Below are positions 1 through 10,214 of a stretch of DNA of 64,000 bases, one piece after another. Source of the DNA: Vicinamibacterales bacterium. GTDB taxonomy: Bacteria > Acidobacteriota > Vicinamibacteria > Vicinamibacterales > JAKQTR01. The position numbers and the translations under genes are program-made. The notes under the pieces were generated by a model that was given only the letters and a program-made list of their open reading frames with translations, was not told the origin of the DNA and searched no databases. Each line of letters opens with the position of its first letter. The first letter of the stretch is position 1. The DNA lies in the NCBI GenBank assembly GCA_025456345.1, contig JALOKU010000008.1:609-64608 (forward strand), written 5' to 3'.

Positions 1-26
1 GATCCCGCCCGCGTTCGCACAGCCGA

Positions 27-1109
27 TTAGATGCCGCCGCGCTCCAGCAGCGCATCGTGGAAGGCGCGCCTGATGGCTTGCATCGGTTCATTCGGCTCCG
101 CGACCGGGTGAACGCGATTGCTCAGCAGGACGGCGTAGAAGTCGCGCGCCGGGTCGATCCAGAGCGACGTGCCGGTGAACCCCGTGTGCCCGAATGCCGA
201 CGCCGACATCAGGGCTCCGCACGAGGAGGTGGGCCGCATCAGATCCCAGCCGAGCGCCCGGGAACTCCCGGGCACCGTCGACGGCACCAGAAACCGGCGG
301 ATGGTGGCGCTCGCGGCCAGCTGACGCTCGGCTTTCCGGTCGCCCCCGAGCGCCCGAAGCACCACGCGCGCGAACGCGCCGACCGAGGCGGCGGTGCCGA
401 AGAGGCCGGCGTGTCCGGCAACGCCTCCCATGGCCCACGCATTGTCGTCGTCGACCTCGGCGACGAGCAGCCGCTCGCGGGCGTCGCTGAAACGCGTGGG
501 CGCGGTCCGGCCCCGCCAGCCGGGCGGAGGCGTGAATCGCAGCGGCAGGCCCTCGCCGCCGCCGGCCGGCCAGTGCCCGCACACGCGATCGAACTGATCG
601 TCGAGCGTGGCCTGCCCGGCATGCTCCAGCACGGCGCCGAGCACGATGAACCCGACGTCGCTGTACACGCTCCGCGAGCGCGGGAGATACTCGAGGGCCA
701 CGCCTGACGCGGCGGTGGCGACCGCCTCCCGCCCCGCGTGGGCCTTCCACAGCGCCGCCCACGCCGGAAGGCCCGACGCGTGCTCGAGCAGATCCTGCAC
801 GGTGGCGCGCGCGCGATCGGCGCCGCGCCAGCGGTGCGCATGAACGGCAACCGGGGAGGCAAGGTCGAGCCGGCCCTCCTCGACCAGGCGCATGGCCACG
901 GTGGTTGCCGCGATGGGTTTCGTCAGGGAGGCGAGGTCGTACACCGTCGAGGCCGTCACCGGCGGCGAGTCCGGTTCGTAGCTCAGCGAGCCGACGGCCT
1001 GTCGCCATCGCGCCGCCGCCGCCGTGCCGGCTTCGGCACAGGCGCCGGGGAAGACCCCGGCCGACACGCCGCCCCGGATGACGTCGACGGCCCGGTGCTT
1101 CGCGCTCAC
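27..1109 (-). CDS. Serine hydrolase, beta-lactamase/AmpC-like family (AmiE-like candidate)
   Basis: C-terminal part of the 27..2501 ORF has SxxK (ASLTK), LLEHASG, YSD and HTG motifs. Start set at GTG 1109, which overlaps the upstream stop (GTGA). The rest of the long ORF is an off-frame shadow of the symporter gene. Confidence 0.85.
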   Translation of the reverse strand: MSAKHRAVDVIRGGVSAGVFPGACAEAGTAAAARWRQAVGSLSYEPDSPPVTASTVYDLASLTKPIAATTVAMRLVEEGRLDLASPVAVHAHRWRGADRARATVQDLLEHASGLPAWAALWKAHAGREAVATAASGVALEYLPRSRSVYSDVGFIVLGAVLEHAGQATLDDQFDRVCGHWPAGGGEGLPLRFTPPPGWRGRTAPTRFSDARERLLVAEVDDDNAWAMGGVAGHAGLFGTAASVGAFARVVLRALGGDRKAERQLAASATIRRFLVPSTVPGSSRALGWDLMRPTSSCGALMSASAFGHTGFTGTSLWIDPARDFYAVLLSNRVHPVAEPNEPMQAIRRAFHDALLERGGI

Positions 1110-2626
1110 GGATTCGCCGCCGGCTCCTCGCCGGACAGTCGGCTCGCGGTGACCCCCGCCGCGTACGTCACCAGTGAGCCGACCAGGACGTACCACTGCC
1201 ATGACGTGAGCGCGAACACCTTCACGGCCAGCATCACCGCCGTGCCGGCCACGATGCCCGCAAACGCCGAGCGCTGCCGCACGCGCGGCGCGAACGTGCC
1301 GAGGAGGAATACGCCCAGGATGATGCCGTTGGTGAACGACGCGATGCCGAGCACCTCGTCGACGGCGCGGGTCGAGAACTGGATGGCGACCAGCGCCACC
1401 GAGATCTGCACGACGCCCCAGAACGCGGTCAGCCAGCGCGAGACCCGCAGGTAGTGCGCATCGCTCGCCTGGCGCATCGGCATGTAGAAGTCGGCCATCG
1501 CCGTGGCGGACGACGAGTTCAGCGACGAGGCCAGCGTGGACATCGCGGCCGCGAAGACGGCGGCAATGACCAGCCCGACCACACCCGGCGGCAGGTGGGT
1601 GACGATGAAGTGGGGAAAGATCCGGTCGCTCTGGATGCGGCCGCCCACCGTGAACGCAGCCATCTCGGCCGGCGCCTGCCCCGTGTAGTAGACGTACAGC
1701 ATCGACCCGATCAGCAGGAAGAGCGCGAACTGCACGAACACCACGGCGCCGCTCGTGAGGAGCGCCACGCGGGCCTGCCGCGGCGAACTGGCGCACAGGT
1801 AGCGCTGCACCATCAACTGGTCCGTGCCATGGGTGGCCGTCGTCAGGAACGCGCCGCCGATGACACCAGACCAGAACGTGTAGTTCTTCGTGAGGCTCAC
1901 CGTGAAGTCGAACACCGTGAACTTCCCGGCGGATCCGCCCGCGCGGACGATTTCGGGCCAGCCGCCGGGGATCCGATCGACGAGGATGGCGGCGGCGAAG
2001 CCGGCCCCGACCAGATAGATCACCAGCTGGATCACGTCCGTCCAGATGACGGCGCTCATGCCTCCGAGGTAGGTGTAGACGATCGTGGTGAGCCCCATCA
2101 CCAGGACCGAGGCCACCATGATCGTGACCGCCGGTTCGAGCCCGGGGACCCACGCCCGGGCCGTCTGCGCCATGCCCGGCATGGCCAGCAGGAGCGCCGC
2201 CAGCACCAGGCCCGTGGCAAACAGCCTGACACCGTCCGCGAGGCTTCGCGTGACAAGGAAGAGCCCGGCGGCCAGCCGCTTCACGCCCGCGCCGAAGCGC
2301 ACCCCGAGAATCTGGTAGACGGTGAGCAGCTCGCCGCGGAAGTACGCCGGCACGAAGACGATGCTGACCACGATCCGGCCCACCATGTAGCCCATGACGA
2401 GCTGCAGAAACGTCCAGTTGCCCGTGAAGGCCACGCCGGGCACGCTGATGAACGTGACGGTGCTCGTTTCCGTGGCGACGATCGAGCCCATGATCGCCCA
2501 CCAGGGGACGGTCCGCCCGCCCACGAAGTAATCCTTGACGTCCTTCTGGCTGCGCGAGAACCAGGCGCCGAAGAGCACCGTTCCCGCAAGGTAGGCGACG
2601 ATGATGGCGAGATCGATCAGGTGCAT
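1106..2626 (-). CDS. Sodium:solute symporter (SSS) family protein
   Basis: Many hydrophobic helices; [34 protein letters not shown] and [13 protein letters not shown] are typical SSS motifs. Confidence 0.92.
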   Translation of the reverse strand: MHLIDLAIIVAYLAGTVLFGAWFSRSQKDVKDYFVGGRTVPWWAIMGSIVATETSTVTFISVPGVAFTGNWTFLQLVMGYMVGRIVVSIVFVPAYFRGELLTVYQILGVRFGAGVKRLAAGLFLVTRSLADGVRLFATGLVLAALLLAMPGMAQTARAWVPGLEPAVTIMVASVLVMGLTTIVYTYLGGMSAVIWTDVIQLVIYLVGAGFAAAILVDRIPGGWPEIVRAGGSAGKFTVFDFTVSLTKNYTFWSGVIGGAFLTTATHGTDQLMVQRYLCASSPRQARVALLTSGAVVFVQFALFLLIGSMLYVYYTGQAPAEMAAFTVGGRIQSDRIFPHFIVTHLPPGVVGLVIAAVFAAAMSTLASSLNSSSATAMADFYMPMRQASDAHYLRVSRWLTAFWGVVQISVALVAIQFSTRAVDEVLGIASFTNGIILGVFLLGTFAPRVRQRSAFAGIVAGTAVMLAVKVFALTSWQWYVLVGSLVTYAAGVTASRLSGEEPAANP

Positions 2627-2655
2627 GTGCGAAACACCCCTGGCGCCGGACGGCC

Positions 2656-3867
2656 CTATTGGCCGAAGGCCCGGGCGCCGATGCGAGACAGATTGTCCGG
2701 CCCCCGCGCCGGGCCCACGAGGCTATCGTACGAGAAGAGCAGGACGCCGTCGACTCCGAGGGCGCGGGCCTCCTCGATCTGGCGCACCGCCTCGCCGCCG
2801 GTGAGCCGGTAGGCGCCGATCCCCGCCCACACCGCTCGTCCGCCGGCCAGCGATCTGGCCGCCTGCACCTGCTGGCGGAACACGCCGATGTCGATCGCGT
2901 ACGTCATCGGGCACAGCGCGTCGAGCGCCCCGTCGGCGGCCCAGGCCGGCCAGTCCTGAAACTTCGCCGCGACCGCGGTCTGCGCGTCCGGCACGACGGC
3001 GGCCGACACGATCGCCTTCGGCCGGCACCGGAGGACCACGCCGCGGAGCCGGCGCACCAGGTCGGTCAGGCTGGCCCGGCGGAACGTGTCCCATCTCACC
3101 GGAAACGCCTGCGTCCAGACCAGCGGGTTCGAGCGTTGTCTGCGATCGAGGATCTCCCGGTCCCGGCGCGGCAGGTCGGGCGCCACCTCCTCGCGGAATC
3201 GGCGAAGCGCCTCCCGGCTGTAGTCAAAGGCCGCGCCGGGGTAACGGACGTAGTCGAAGTGCACACCGTCGACCGCATATCGCGCCGCGAGATCTTCGAC
3301 GACGTGTGCGAGGTGATCGGCCGCGCCCCCGGACATCGGCGACGTGAAGAGGCCCTCGACCGTGGCCGACTGGCTTCGCGTCCACGAGGCCAGGGTGCGC
3401 ACGAACCGCGGCCCCCGCGGGTCGCCGATCGAGGAGGCAAGCTCCATCGGCACCATCAGCCACTCCGGGTGGCGGTTCACGACGTGGCGGGGATTTCCGG
3501 GCGGGTCTCCGGCGTCGGCGACCAGGTTGACGTTGACCCAGGCATGGACCGCGAGGCCCGCGGCATGTCCCTCGCGCAGCGCGGACGCGAGCGGGTCGAA
3601 CGATGCGGCCTGCGACGCGAGTGCCGCGGGGCGGGGCTCGAGGCGGCTCGCGAAGTAGGCGTCGCCCCGGCCGCGCACCTGCACGAACAGCGCGTTGACG
3701 CCGGCGTGCCTGGCGGCCGCCACCATCGCCGAGACGGAGGCCGGCGAGGTCAGCGACGTCCGGACGACCCAGAGCCCGCGGACCTCGCGCGGCGCGCCCG
3801 CGGCAACGACCGCGCCGGCCACCAGCGCGGCAAGCAGGGGAGGAGCGACGCGGCAGGCGCGGGGCAT
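2656..3867 (-). CDS. Secreted glycoside hydrolase-like family 10 (GHL10, DigH/YddW/YngK-like)
   Basis: Signal peptide, then [21 protein letters not shown] and [11 protein letters not shown]. Start at ATG 3867 fits the promoter just upstream. Confidence 0.85.
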   Translation of the reverse strand: MPRACRVAPPLLAALVAGAVVAAGAPREVRGLWVVRTSLTSPASVSAMVAAARHAGVNALFVQVRGRGDAYFASRLEPRPAALASQAASFDPLASALREGHAAGLAVHAWVNVNLVADAGDPPGNPRHVVNRHPEWLMVPMELASSIGDPRGPRFVRTLASWTRSQSATVEGLFTSPMSGGAADHLAHVVEDLAARYAVDGVHFDYVRYPGAAFDYSREALRRFREEVAPDLPRRDREILDRRQRSNPLVWTQAFPVRWDTFRRASLTDLVRRLRGVVLRCRPKAIVSAAVVPDAQTAVAAKFQDWPAWAADGALDALCPMTYAIDIGVFRQQVQAARSLAGGRAVWAGIGAYRLTGGEAVRQIEEARALGVDGVLLFSYDSLVGPARGPDNLSRIGARAFGQ

Positions 3868-3878
3868 GGGGTGGCGCG

Positions 3879-3908
3879 ACTGTAGCAACTGCCCGCGAAC
3901 CCTGTCAA
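3879..3908 (-). promoter_or_regulatory. Sigma70-type promoter for the GHL10-SSS-hydrolase genes
   Basis: Minus strand TTGACA-18 bp-TACAGT with TG extension, 11 nt before ATG 3867. Confidence 0.7.
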
Positions 3909-3965
3909 CGTGCCGCCCCGGTGACACTCGCGTATGGCTCGACCGGCGTGCCGGGCGGCGCGCGG

Positions 3966-4925
3966 TCAGTCGCGGGGGGCCGGCGCCGCGCTGAGGAGTG
4001 CGCGAAGCCGGGGCTCGATGTCTTCGCCGGCCGCCTCCCGCACCAGGCCGTCGGCCCGGCGCAGCCGCGACACGGCCTTCGCGTACGGCAGGCCGGTCTG
4101 CTGCATCACAATCGCCACCTTCACGTTCGCGTGGGCGCGCTTCAGTAACCGGTCGGCGGCGGCGGCGTCGAGGCCCGTGGCGATCATCAGGATGCGCCGC
4201 GCGCGGTCCTTGAGCTTCTCCGACGTGGGCTGCACGTCCACCATCAGGTTGCCGTACGTCTTGCCGGTCCGGATCATCGCGCCCGTCGTCAGCATGTTCA
4301 GCGCGAGCTTCGTGGCGCTGGCCGCCTTCAGGCGCGTCGACCCGGCGATCACCTCGGGCCCGACGCCGAGCGCGATGGTGAGATCCACGAAGGTCTGCAG
4401 GTCGGCGGCCGGGTCGCAGGTGACGAAGATGATGCGGGCCCCGGCATTCCGGGCGGCGGCGAGGCCGCCTCGGACAAACGGGGTGATCCCGCTGGCCGAG
4501 ACGCCCACGAACACGTCGCGCCGCGACGGGCGCAGGCGCGACACCGTGCGGGCGCCCTCGTCGTACCGGTCCTCCACGCCTTCACGCGCCTTGAACACGG
4601 CCGCCTGCCCGCCGGCCATGATGCCCTGCACCAGCGCCGGCGGCGTGCCGAACGTGTTCGGCATCTCGGCCGCTTCGAGCACGCCGAGCCGGCCGCTCGT
4701 GCCCGCCCCGATGAACACCAGCCGTCCCCCTTTGCGGAGCGCCTGGGTGATAATGTCCACAGCGAGGGCGATGCGCTCCCGCTCGCGGGTCACCGCGGCG
4801 AGCATCTTCCGATCTTCGGCCAGCATCACGTCGATGACCTCGGCCGACGACAGCTTGTCGATGTTGAGCGTGGCCGGGTTGATGGCTTCCGTCGGCAGCT
4901 GCTGCCACTTGGACTGGAGAGGCAT
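3966..4925 (-). CDS. murQ: N-acetylmuramic acid 6-phosphate etherase
   Basis: TEAINP, GAGTSGRLGVLEAAE, GPEVIAGSTRLKA and GKTYGNLMVDV motifs; start at ATG 4925 (MPLQSKW). Confidence 0.95.
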   Translation of the reverse strand: MPLQSKWQQLPTEAINPATLNIDKLSSAEVIDVMLAEDRKMLAAVTRERERIALAVDIITQALRKGGRLVFIGAGTSGRLGVLEAAEMPNTFGTPPALVQGIMAGGQAAVFKAREGVEDRYDEGARTVSRLRPSRRDVFVGVSASGITPFVRGGLAAARNAGARIIFVTCDPAADLQTFVDLTIALGVGPEVIAGSTRLKAASATKLALNMLTTGAMIRTGKTYGNLMVDVQPTSEKLKDRARRILMIATGLDAAAADRLLKRAHANVKVAIVMQQTGLPYAKAVSRLRRADGLVREAAGEDIEPRLRALLSAAPAPRD

Positions 4926-5919
4926 GGTGAGGCACCCCGGGGCCGCGAACGCGCGACGGCAGATACTAGCGCCCGGCCCCACCCCTGTCAAACGGCCCGG
5001 CGGCGAATCCGGCCGCCAGGCCGATGATGACGCGGCGCGGCGGGAGTTCGACCAGTACCTCGACCACCTGCGCGTGGAGCGGCGCCTCGCCAGCAATACG
5101 GTGGACAGCTACGCCCGCGACCTCGGGAGCCTGGCCGCGTTCGCGCGGCAGGCCGCCTGCCCGATCGGGGCCCTCACGCGGCCGCAGCTCGAGGCGTTCG
5201 TGCGGCAGCTGATCGCCGGCGGCCTGGCCCCGCGCTCGGCGGCCCGCGCCGTGGCGAGCACGCGGGGCTTCTACCGGTTCCTCGTGCGCGAGGGCCGCCT
5301 CTCGGCCAGTCCGGCCGAGGACCTGCACGGCGGCCGCCCGTGGCCCGCGCTTCCGCGGTACCTCACGCCCGACGAGGTCGATCGGCTCATCGAACAGCCC
5401 GACCCCGCCACGCCGCTCGGCCAGCGCGATCGGACCATGCTCGAGGTCCTGTACGCCACCGGCCTGCGCGTCTCGGAGCTGGTGGCGATCAGGGCCGCCG
5501 ACATGAACCTGTCGGCCGGGTACCTGACGAGCACGGGCAAGGGAGACAAGCAGCGCCTCGTGCCGCTCGGCGACCGCGCGGTGGACGCCGTCCGCCGGTA
5601 CCAGCAGCAGGCCCGGCCCGAACTGGCCCGGCCGGGTTCGCCGCCGCGGCTGTTTCTCAACGGCAGGGGAGGCGCCCTGAGCCGCGTCGGGTTCTGGAAG
5701 ATCCTGAAAGGCTATGTCCGAAAGGCGGGGCTGCGCGCGGACGTGAGCCCCCACGTGCTGCGGCACTCGTTCGCCACGCATCTGCTCGAGCGCGGCGCCG
5801 ACCTCAGGGCCATCCAGATGATGCTGGGGCACGCGGACCTGTCCACCACGCAGATCTACACCCACGTCCTCGAAACCCGCATGCGGGCCATCTACGACCA
5901 GTTCCACCCGCGCGAGTAG
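4924..5919 (+). CDS. xerD: Site-specific tyrosine recombinase XerD (start uncertain)
   Basis: ERRLASNTVDSYARDL N-terminal domain, LYATGLRVSEL, GKGDKQRLVP, SPHVLRHSFATHLL, LGHADLSTTQIYTHV, C-terminal FHPR. The only in-frame ATG/GTG before the conserved first helix are at 4924 and 4927. Confidence 0.9.
   Translation: MVRHPGAANARRQILAPGPTPVKRPGGESGRQADDDAARREFDQYLDHLRVERRLASNTVDSYARDLGSLAAFARQAACPIGALTRPQLEAFVRQLIAGGLAPRSAARAVASTRGFYRFLVREGRLSASPAEDLHGGRPWPALPRYLTPDEVDRLIEQPDPATPLGQRDRTMLEVLYATGLRVSELVAIRAADMNLSAGYLTSTGKGDKQRLVPLGDRAVDAVRRYQQQARPELARPGSPPRLFLNGRGGALSRVGFWKILKGYVRKAGLRADVSPHVLRHSFATHLLERGADLRAIQMMLGHADLSTTQIYTHVLETRMRAIYDQFHPRE
4963..4991 (-). promoter_or_regulatory. Sigma70-type promoter for murQ
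   Basis: Minus strand TTGACA-17 bp-TAGTAT upstream of the murQ start. Confidence 0.6.
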
Positions 5920-5934
5920 AATCGGAACGCCCTG

Positions 5935-7626
5935 ATGCGCTGGATCTCGCTGCTGCTCCTCGTCGTGCTGGCCTGGTTCGCGTGGGCCCTGCTCACGCTG
6001 CCGACCGAATCCGCCGCCCTCCGCCTGCCGGCGCCCTCGCCCGGCGACCCGCCCGGCGTGCGCGGCGCCTACCACGTGCACTCGCAGGCGTCGGACGGCA
6101 CAGGAACGGTGGCGGACATCGCCGCCGCGGCGGGACGCGCCGGCCTCCGGTTCGTGATTCTCACCGACCACGGCGACGGGCTCCGGCGCACGCCGCCGCC
6201 GCGCTACCTCGGCGGCGTGCTGTGCATCGAGGCGGTCGAAATCAGCACGGCCGGCGGGCACTACGCCGCCCTCGGGATGGCGCCGCCCCCGTATCCGCTC
6301 GGAGGCGAAGCGCGGGACGTGGTCGAGGACGTGGCGAGGCTGGGCGGGTTCGGCATCGCGGCGCACCCGGATTCGGCGAAACCCGAACTCCGCTGGGACG
6401 CCTGGGAGGCGCCGTTCGACGGCATGGAGTGGTTCAACGCCGACTCGCAGTGGCGCGACGAGCGGCGGTGGCGGCTGCTGCCGACGATCCTGCAGTACCC
6501 GGTGCGGCCGGCGGAAGCGGTGGCCTCGCTGTTTGACCGGCCCGCGGGCCTGCTGCGCCGATGGGACCAGCTCGGCTCACGCCGCCGCATCGTCGGCCTG
6601 GCGGCGGCCGACGCCCACGCGCGGATGGGGCTGGGAGGGAAGACCGACCCGTACGACGAACTGGTCTACGTGAAGCTGCCGTCGTACGAGGCGATCTTCA
6701 GGGCCTTCTCCCTCCACGTCGAGTTGCGCGAGCCGCTCTCAGGCGATCCCGACGCCGATGCGCGTGCCGTGGTCGCCGCGCTGCGGGCCGGTCGCGTGTA
6801 CACCGTGTTCGAGAGCATCGCCGGGCCGGGAGCGCTCGGGTTCACGGCCGAGTCCGGCGGGGACATCGCCCGCCAGGGTGACGCGCTCGCCGGCAGCGGG
6901 GCGGTCAGGCTGCGCGCCGTGACCAACGGCCCTCCACAGACGTCCCTGCAGCTGCTGCGCGACGGGGAGGTGGTCCGGCAGGCGGACGGCCCGGCGCTCG
7001 AGTGGGACGCCGACCGGCCCGGCGCCTACCGGATCGAGGCGCGGCTGCCAGGCGCGCCCGGCGAGCCTCCGCTGCCCTGGATGGTGAGCAACCCGATCTA
7101 CGTCGGCCGGCCCGCCGCCCGCCACGAGGCGGATGCGGTGCCGCCGGCGGCCGCCCGCCACGTGTGGCCTGCGGGCACCTGGCGCACCGAGCACGACGCG
7201 CGCTCGACCGGGCGGGCCGAGACGACCGCGTCCGACGGCGGCCTGATTCGCCACACCCTGCGCTTCGAGCTCGGCGGGGGCGCCGCCAGCCCCTTTGTGG
7301 CGCTGGTGACGGAAGAGGTCAGCGCGATGCACGACGCGGCGAGGATCGCGTTCCGCGCGGGGGCGGACCGGCCCATGCGCGTGTCGGTGCAGGTGCGCCT
7401 GCTCGATGGCGCGGTCGAGCGGCGCTGGCAGCGCTCGGTCTATCTCTCGCCCGAGCCGCGCGAGGTCACCGTCAGCTTCGCCGACATGCGCGCGGTGGGT
7501 ACGGGGGCGCGGCAGGCGTTCGCGCCCGCGCGCATCCACTCGCTGCTGTTCGTGGTCGACACGGTCAACGCGAGGCCCGGCGGCGGGGGAGCGCTGTGGG
7601 TCGAGGGCATCCGCACGGAGCGCTGA
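5935..7626 (+). CDS. Membrane-anchored or secreted PHP-fold metallohydrolase with a C-terminal beta-sandwich domain
   Basis: N-terminal hydrophobic segment; HVHS..SDG, TDH, AHP and DAH metal-ligand motifs; C-terminal domain resembles CBM11/CIA30-type folds (inference). Confidence 0.7.
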   Translation: MRWISLLLLVVLAWFAWALLTLPTESAALRLPAPSPGDPPGVRGAYHVHSQASDGTGTVADIAAAAGRAGLRFVILTDHGDGLRRTPPPRYLGGVLCIEAVEISTAGGHYAALGMAPPPYPLGGEARDVVEDVARLGGFGIAAHPDSAKPELRWDAWEAPFDGMEWFNADSQWRDERRWRLLPTILQYPVRPAEAVASLFDRPAGLLRRWDQLGSRRRIVGLAAADAHARMGLGGKTDPYDELVYVKLPSYEAIFRAFSLHVELREPLSGDPDADARAVVAALRAGRVYTVFESIAGPGALGFTAESGGDIARQGDALAGSGAVRLRAVTNGPPQTSLQLLRDGEVVRQADGPALEWDADRPGAYRIEARLPGAPGEPPLPWMVSNPIYVGRPAARHEADAVPPAAARHVWPAGTWRTEHDARSTGRAETTASDGGLIRHTLRFELGGGAASPFVALVTEEVSAMHDAARIAFRAGADRPMRVSVQVRLLDGAVERRWQRSVYLSPEPREVTVSFADMRAVGTGARQAFAPARIHSLLFVVDTVNARPGGGGALWVEGIRTER

Positions 7627-7647
7627 GGGGCCGCACGTGCCGCGCCC

Positions 7648-10005
7648 TCACGTCCGGACGGCGAGCAGGAGATAGGCCGCCGACACCGCGAAGAGGATGT
7701 TCGGCGCCCACGCCGCCAGCATCGGGTGAATCACGCCGCTCGCGCCGATGGCCCCGAACACGCTCAGCGTAACCCAGTACACGAGCGCCAGCACGATGCC
7801 CAGGCCGATCCCGTACATCGCGCCGCGCCGGCCTGTCGTCACCGCGAAGGGCAGCGCGATGAGCGTCATGATGAGGGTGACCCACGGGAACGACACCTTG
7901 CGGTGCAGCTCCACCTCGTACTCGGTCACGTTGATGCCGCTGGCCCGCAGTTCAACGATGTAGCGCTTCAGCTGCGCGTAGGTCATCCGCCCGGCGGGTG
8001 TCTGCTCGGTCATGAAATACTGCGGCGGCTCGAGAAACAGGTCCGCGCGCTCGACCGGCCGGTAGGCGCGCTGCTCGACCTGGCGGTCGAACTCCCGCAC
8101 CCAGCCGTCGCGCGCCTGCCAGACCACCGTCGGCTCGAAGCCGGTGGCCTCACCGGTGAAGGCCGCCGACTTGTAGAACGCCCGGCTCTGCAGGCGCCCC
8201 GCCCTGGGGGCGAAGCGGAACACGGAGAACTCCATCAGTTCGGTGCGCTTCGGGTCGAAGAACACGTAGTGGTAGATGTCGCCCTTGCGCCCGAGGATCC
8301 AGCGCCGGTCGAGCAGGTCCACCGTTCTGGGCGACCCGCCCCGGATGACGTGCTTGAGTTCCTCCGCGCGCCGGTTCGAGTGCGCCAGCACGTTCTCCTC
8401 GAACAGGAACAGGACCCCCCCGGCCACGACGGCGAACGCGAGCAGCGGCGCCGCCGCGCGGTAGAGCGAGATGCCGCAGGCCCGCATCACGATGAGCTCG
8501 CTTGTCCGCGTCAGGATGCCCATCGTCACCAGGCCGCCGATGAGCACCGACAGCGGAATGCACCAGTAGATGAACTGGGGCGTCTGGTACCACAGGTAGG
8601 TGAACAGCATCCCGGCCGTCGTCGTGCCCTTGAAGAGCTTGTCCGACAGGTCGATGAACGTCGAAATCTGGAAAATGCCGACCAGCGCCGCGAAGGTGAG
8701 CCCGAACACGCGAAGGTACATCTTGCCGATATACACATCCAGCACGTTGGCCCGCAGCTGCCACGCCCGCGGCCACCGGTTCCCGGCCTCCGCCGCGCGC
8801 CGCCTGGCGCCGCGCCCTGCCGCCACGCGCCAGGCCCCGAGCCGCGGCCACGCGCGCTCCAGCCGCGCGCGGGCGCCGCCGATCCAGGAAAGCCACCGCG
8901 ACTCCCGGATGCCGTGGCGCAGCAGCAGCGCGACGCCCAGGCCGCCAAGGAGGATGTTGGGAATCCACGTGGCCAGCCACGGCGGCACCCAGGCGCCCTT
9001 GGCCGCCGACTGGGCGTTCATCAGGATGAAGTAGTACACGTAGATGACGACGATGCCCTTGACGAAGCTCGCGAACTTGGCGTCGCGGCGGTTCGTAAGA
9101 CCGAACACCGCCCCGAGCACCGAGAACACCAGACAGGCCGCGGGAATCGAGAACTTCTTCTGGATCTCCATCACGGGGTTGTGCGTGGAGATCCCCTGTT
9201 GCCTGAGGTTGGCGATGAGGTTCCGCAGCTCGGCGATTGACATCTCGCGGTCGCCCTTGGCGGGGCCGCTCCGGGGGAACACCGTCTCAGGGTCCAGGCT
9301 CAGCACCAGCTGCTGGAACCGGGCCACGCTGTAGTCCTGCGGCGCGTCGGCCTTGCTCGTGTGCTGCGTGCCGTCCTCGAGCACGAGTTCGACCGTCCGG
9401 CGCGCGCGGTCGAGCACCATGTGCCCCTTGTCGGCCAGGTAGACGACCGGATTGTGCGGGTCGGTCGAATCGGCCAGGAACACATCCCGCCACAGCCCGC
9501 CGCCAGGGGGCACGTCGCGGACCAGCAGGACGCGGTTCGGAAAGTGGTCGAAGAACACCCGCGGCTTGATCTCGCCTTCGACCAGCTGGGCGACGACGCG
9601 GTAGCGGATCTCGCGGGCGGTCTGGTTCGCATCGGGAACCGCCCAGATGTACACGTACAGCGTCGCCGCGGTGGCGACGATGCCGAGGGCCATCACCGGC
9701 CTGACAATCCGGCCAATCCCGACGCCGCAGGCCTGCAGGGCGACCCATTCGAAATCGCTCGAGAGGCGCCCGAGTCCGACCAGCAGCCCCACGAGCAGCG
9801 CCATCGGGATGGTGACGGCGAGCGCCTGGGGAACCAGGGTCAGCATGAGGGCGAGCACCGTCGAGGCCGGCGCGCCCTTGGAAATCAGCGGCTCCGCCAG
9901 TTCCATGAGGAACGGCAGGATCAGCATGAACGTGAAGACCAGGAGCGCCATCAGCAGCGGCGGGATCACGGTTCGGATGACGTAGCGGTCGAGGACTCCA
10001 AACAT
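7648..10005 (-). CDS. lptF: Fused LptF-LptG LPS export permease
   Basis: Two tandem YjgP/YjgQ-type halves, starting LDRYV and LDVYI, with RLSSDFEWVALQACG and LTRTSELIVMRACG, each ending in W.PNI. Start at ATG 10005. Confidence 0.9.
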   Translation of the reverse strand: MFGVLDRYVIRTVIPPLLMALLVFTFMLILPFLMELAEPLISKGAPASTVLALMLTLVPQALAVTIPMALLVGLLVGLGRLSSDFEWVALQACGVGIGRIVRPVMALGIVATAATLYVYIWAVPDANQTAREIRYRVVAQLVEGEIKPRVFFDHFPNRVLLVRDVPPGGGLWRDVFLADSTDPHNPVVYLADKGHMVLDRARRTVELVLEDGTQHTSKADAPQDYSVARFQQLVLSLDPETVFPRSGPAKGDREMSIAELRNLIANLRQQGISTHNPVMEIQKKFSIPAACLVFSVLGAVFGLTNRRDAKFASFVKGIVVIYVYYFILMNAQSAAKGAWVPPWLATWIPNILLGGLGVALLLRHGIRESRWLSWIGGARARLERAWPRLGAWRVAAGRGARRRAAEAGNRWPRAWQLRANVLDVYIGKMYLRVFGLTFAALVGIFQISTFIDLSDKLFKGTTTAGMLFTYLWYQTPQFIYWCIPLSVLIGGLVTMGILTRTSELIVMRACGISLYRAAAPLLAFAVVAGGVLFLFEENVLAHSNRRAEELKHVIRGGSPRTVDLLDRRWILGRKGDIYHYVFFDPKRTELMEFSVFRFAPRAGRLQSRAFYKSAAFTGEATGFEPTVVWQARDGWVREFDRQVEQRAYRPVERADLFLEPPQYFMTEQTPAGRMTYAQLKRYIVELRASGINVTEYEVELHRKVSFPWVTLIMTLIALPFAVTTGRRGAMYGIGLGIVLALVYWVTLSVFGAIGASGVIHPMLAAWAPNILFAVSAAYLLLAVRT

Positions 10006-10111
10006 ACGCGGCTGCCGACACGATACCACACGCCCGCCAGGGGAACCGCGATCCCGGCCTCGATCGAGCCAACAGTTCATCAACAGGGGGCATTGTGGCT
10101 GCAATGACTCG

Positions 10112-10139
10112 ATGTCTGATAATATATGTTATGTTAACC
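10112..10139 (+). other. dif site (XerC/XerD chromosome dimer resolution site)
   Basis: ATGTCTGATAA-TATATG-TTATGTTAACC: 11-6-11 layout. The right arm matches the E. coli XerD arm TTATGTTAAAT at 9 of 11 positions and the left arm ends in the conserved ATAA. Intergenic and AT-rich in a GC-rich background. Confidence 0.88.
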
Positions 10140-10214
10140 AACCGGCCTGAACTGGGCCTCAGAACACCCGGCCGCTCTCTCGACGTCGTAACCGCGGCTG
10201 GCGGCGGAAAGCCC

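Noticed and set aside
1110..2501. 824-aa ORF 27..2501 as a single fusion protein
   Set aside because: The upstream part is an Arg/Gly-rich off-frame reading of the SSS gene; only 27..1109 has family motifs.
4924..5919. Tyrosine recombinase as a phage or mobile-element integrase
   Set aside because: Size and motifs fit housekeeping XerD, and the flanking genes are core chromosomal genes.
10020..10214. AT-rich intergenic stretch next to parAB read as oriC
   Set aside because: Only poor DnaA-box look-alikes (e.g. TCATCAACA) and no dnaA, dnaN or gidA nearby; the AT-rich part is fully explained by a dif site.
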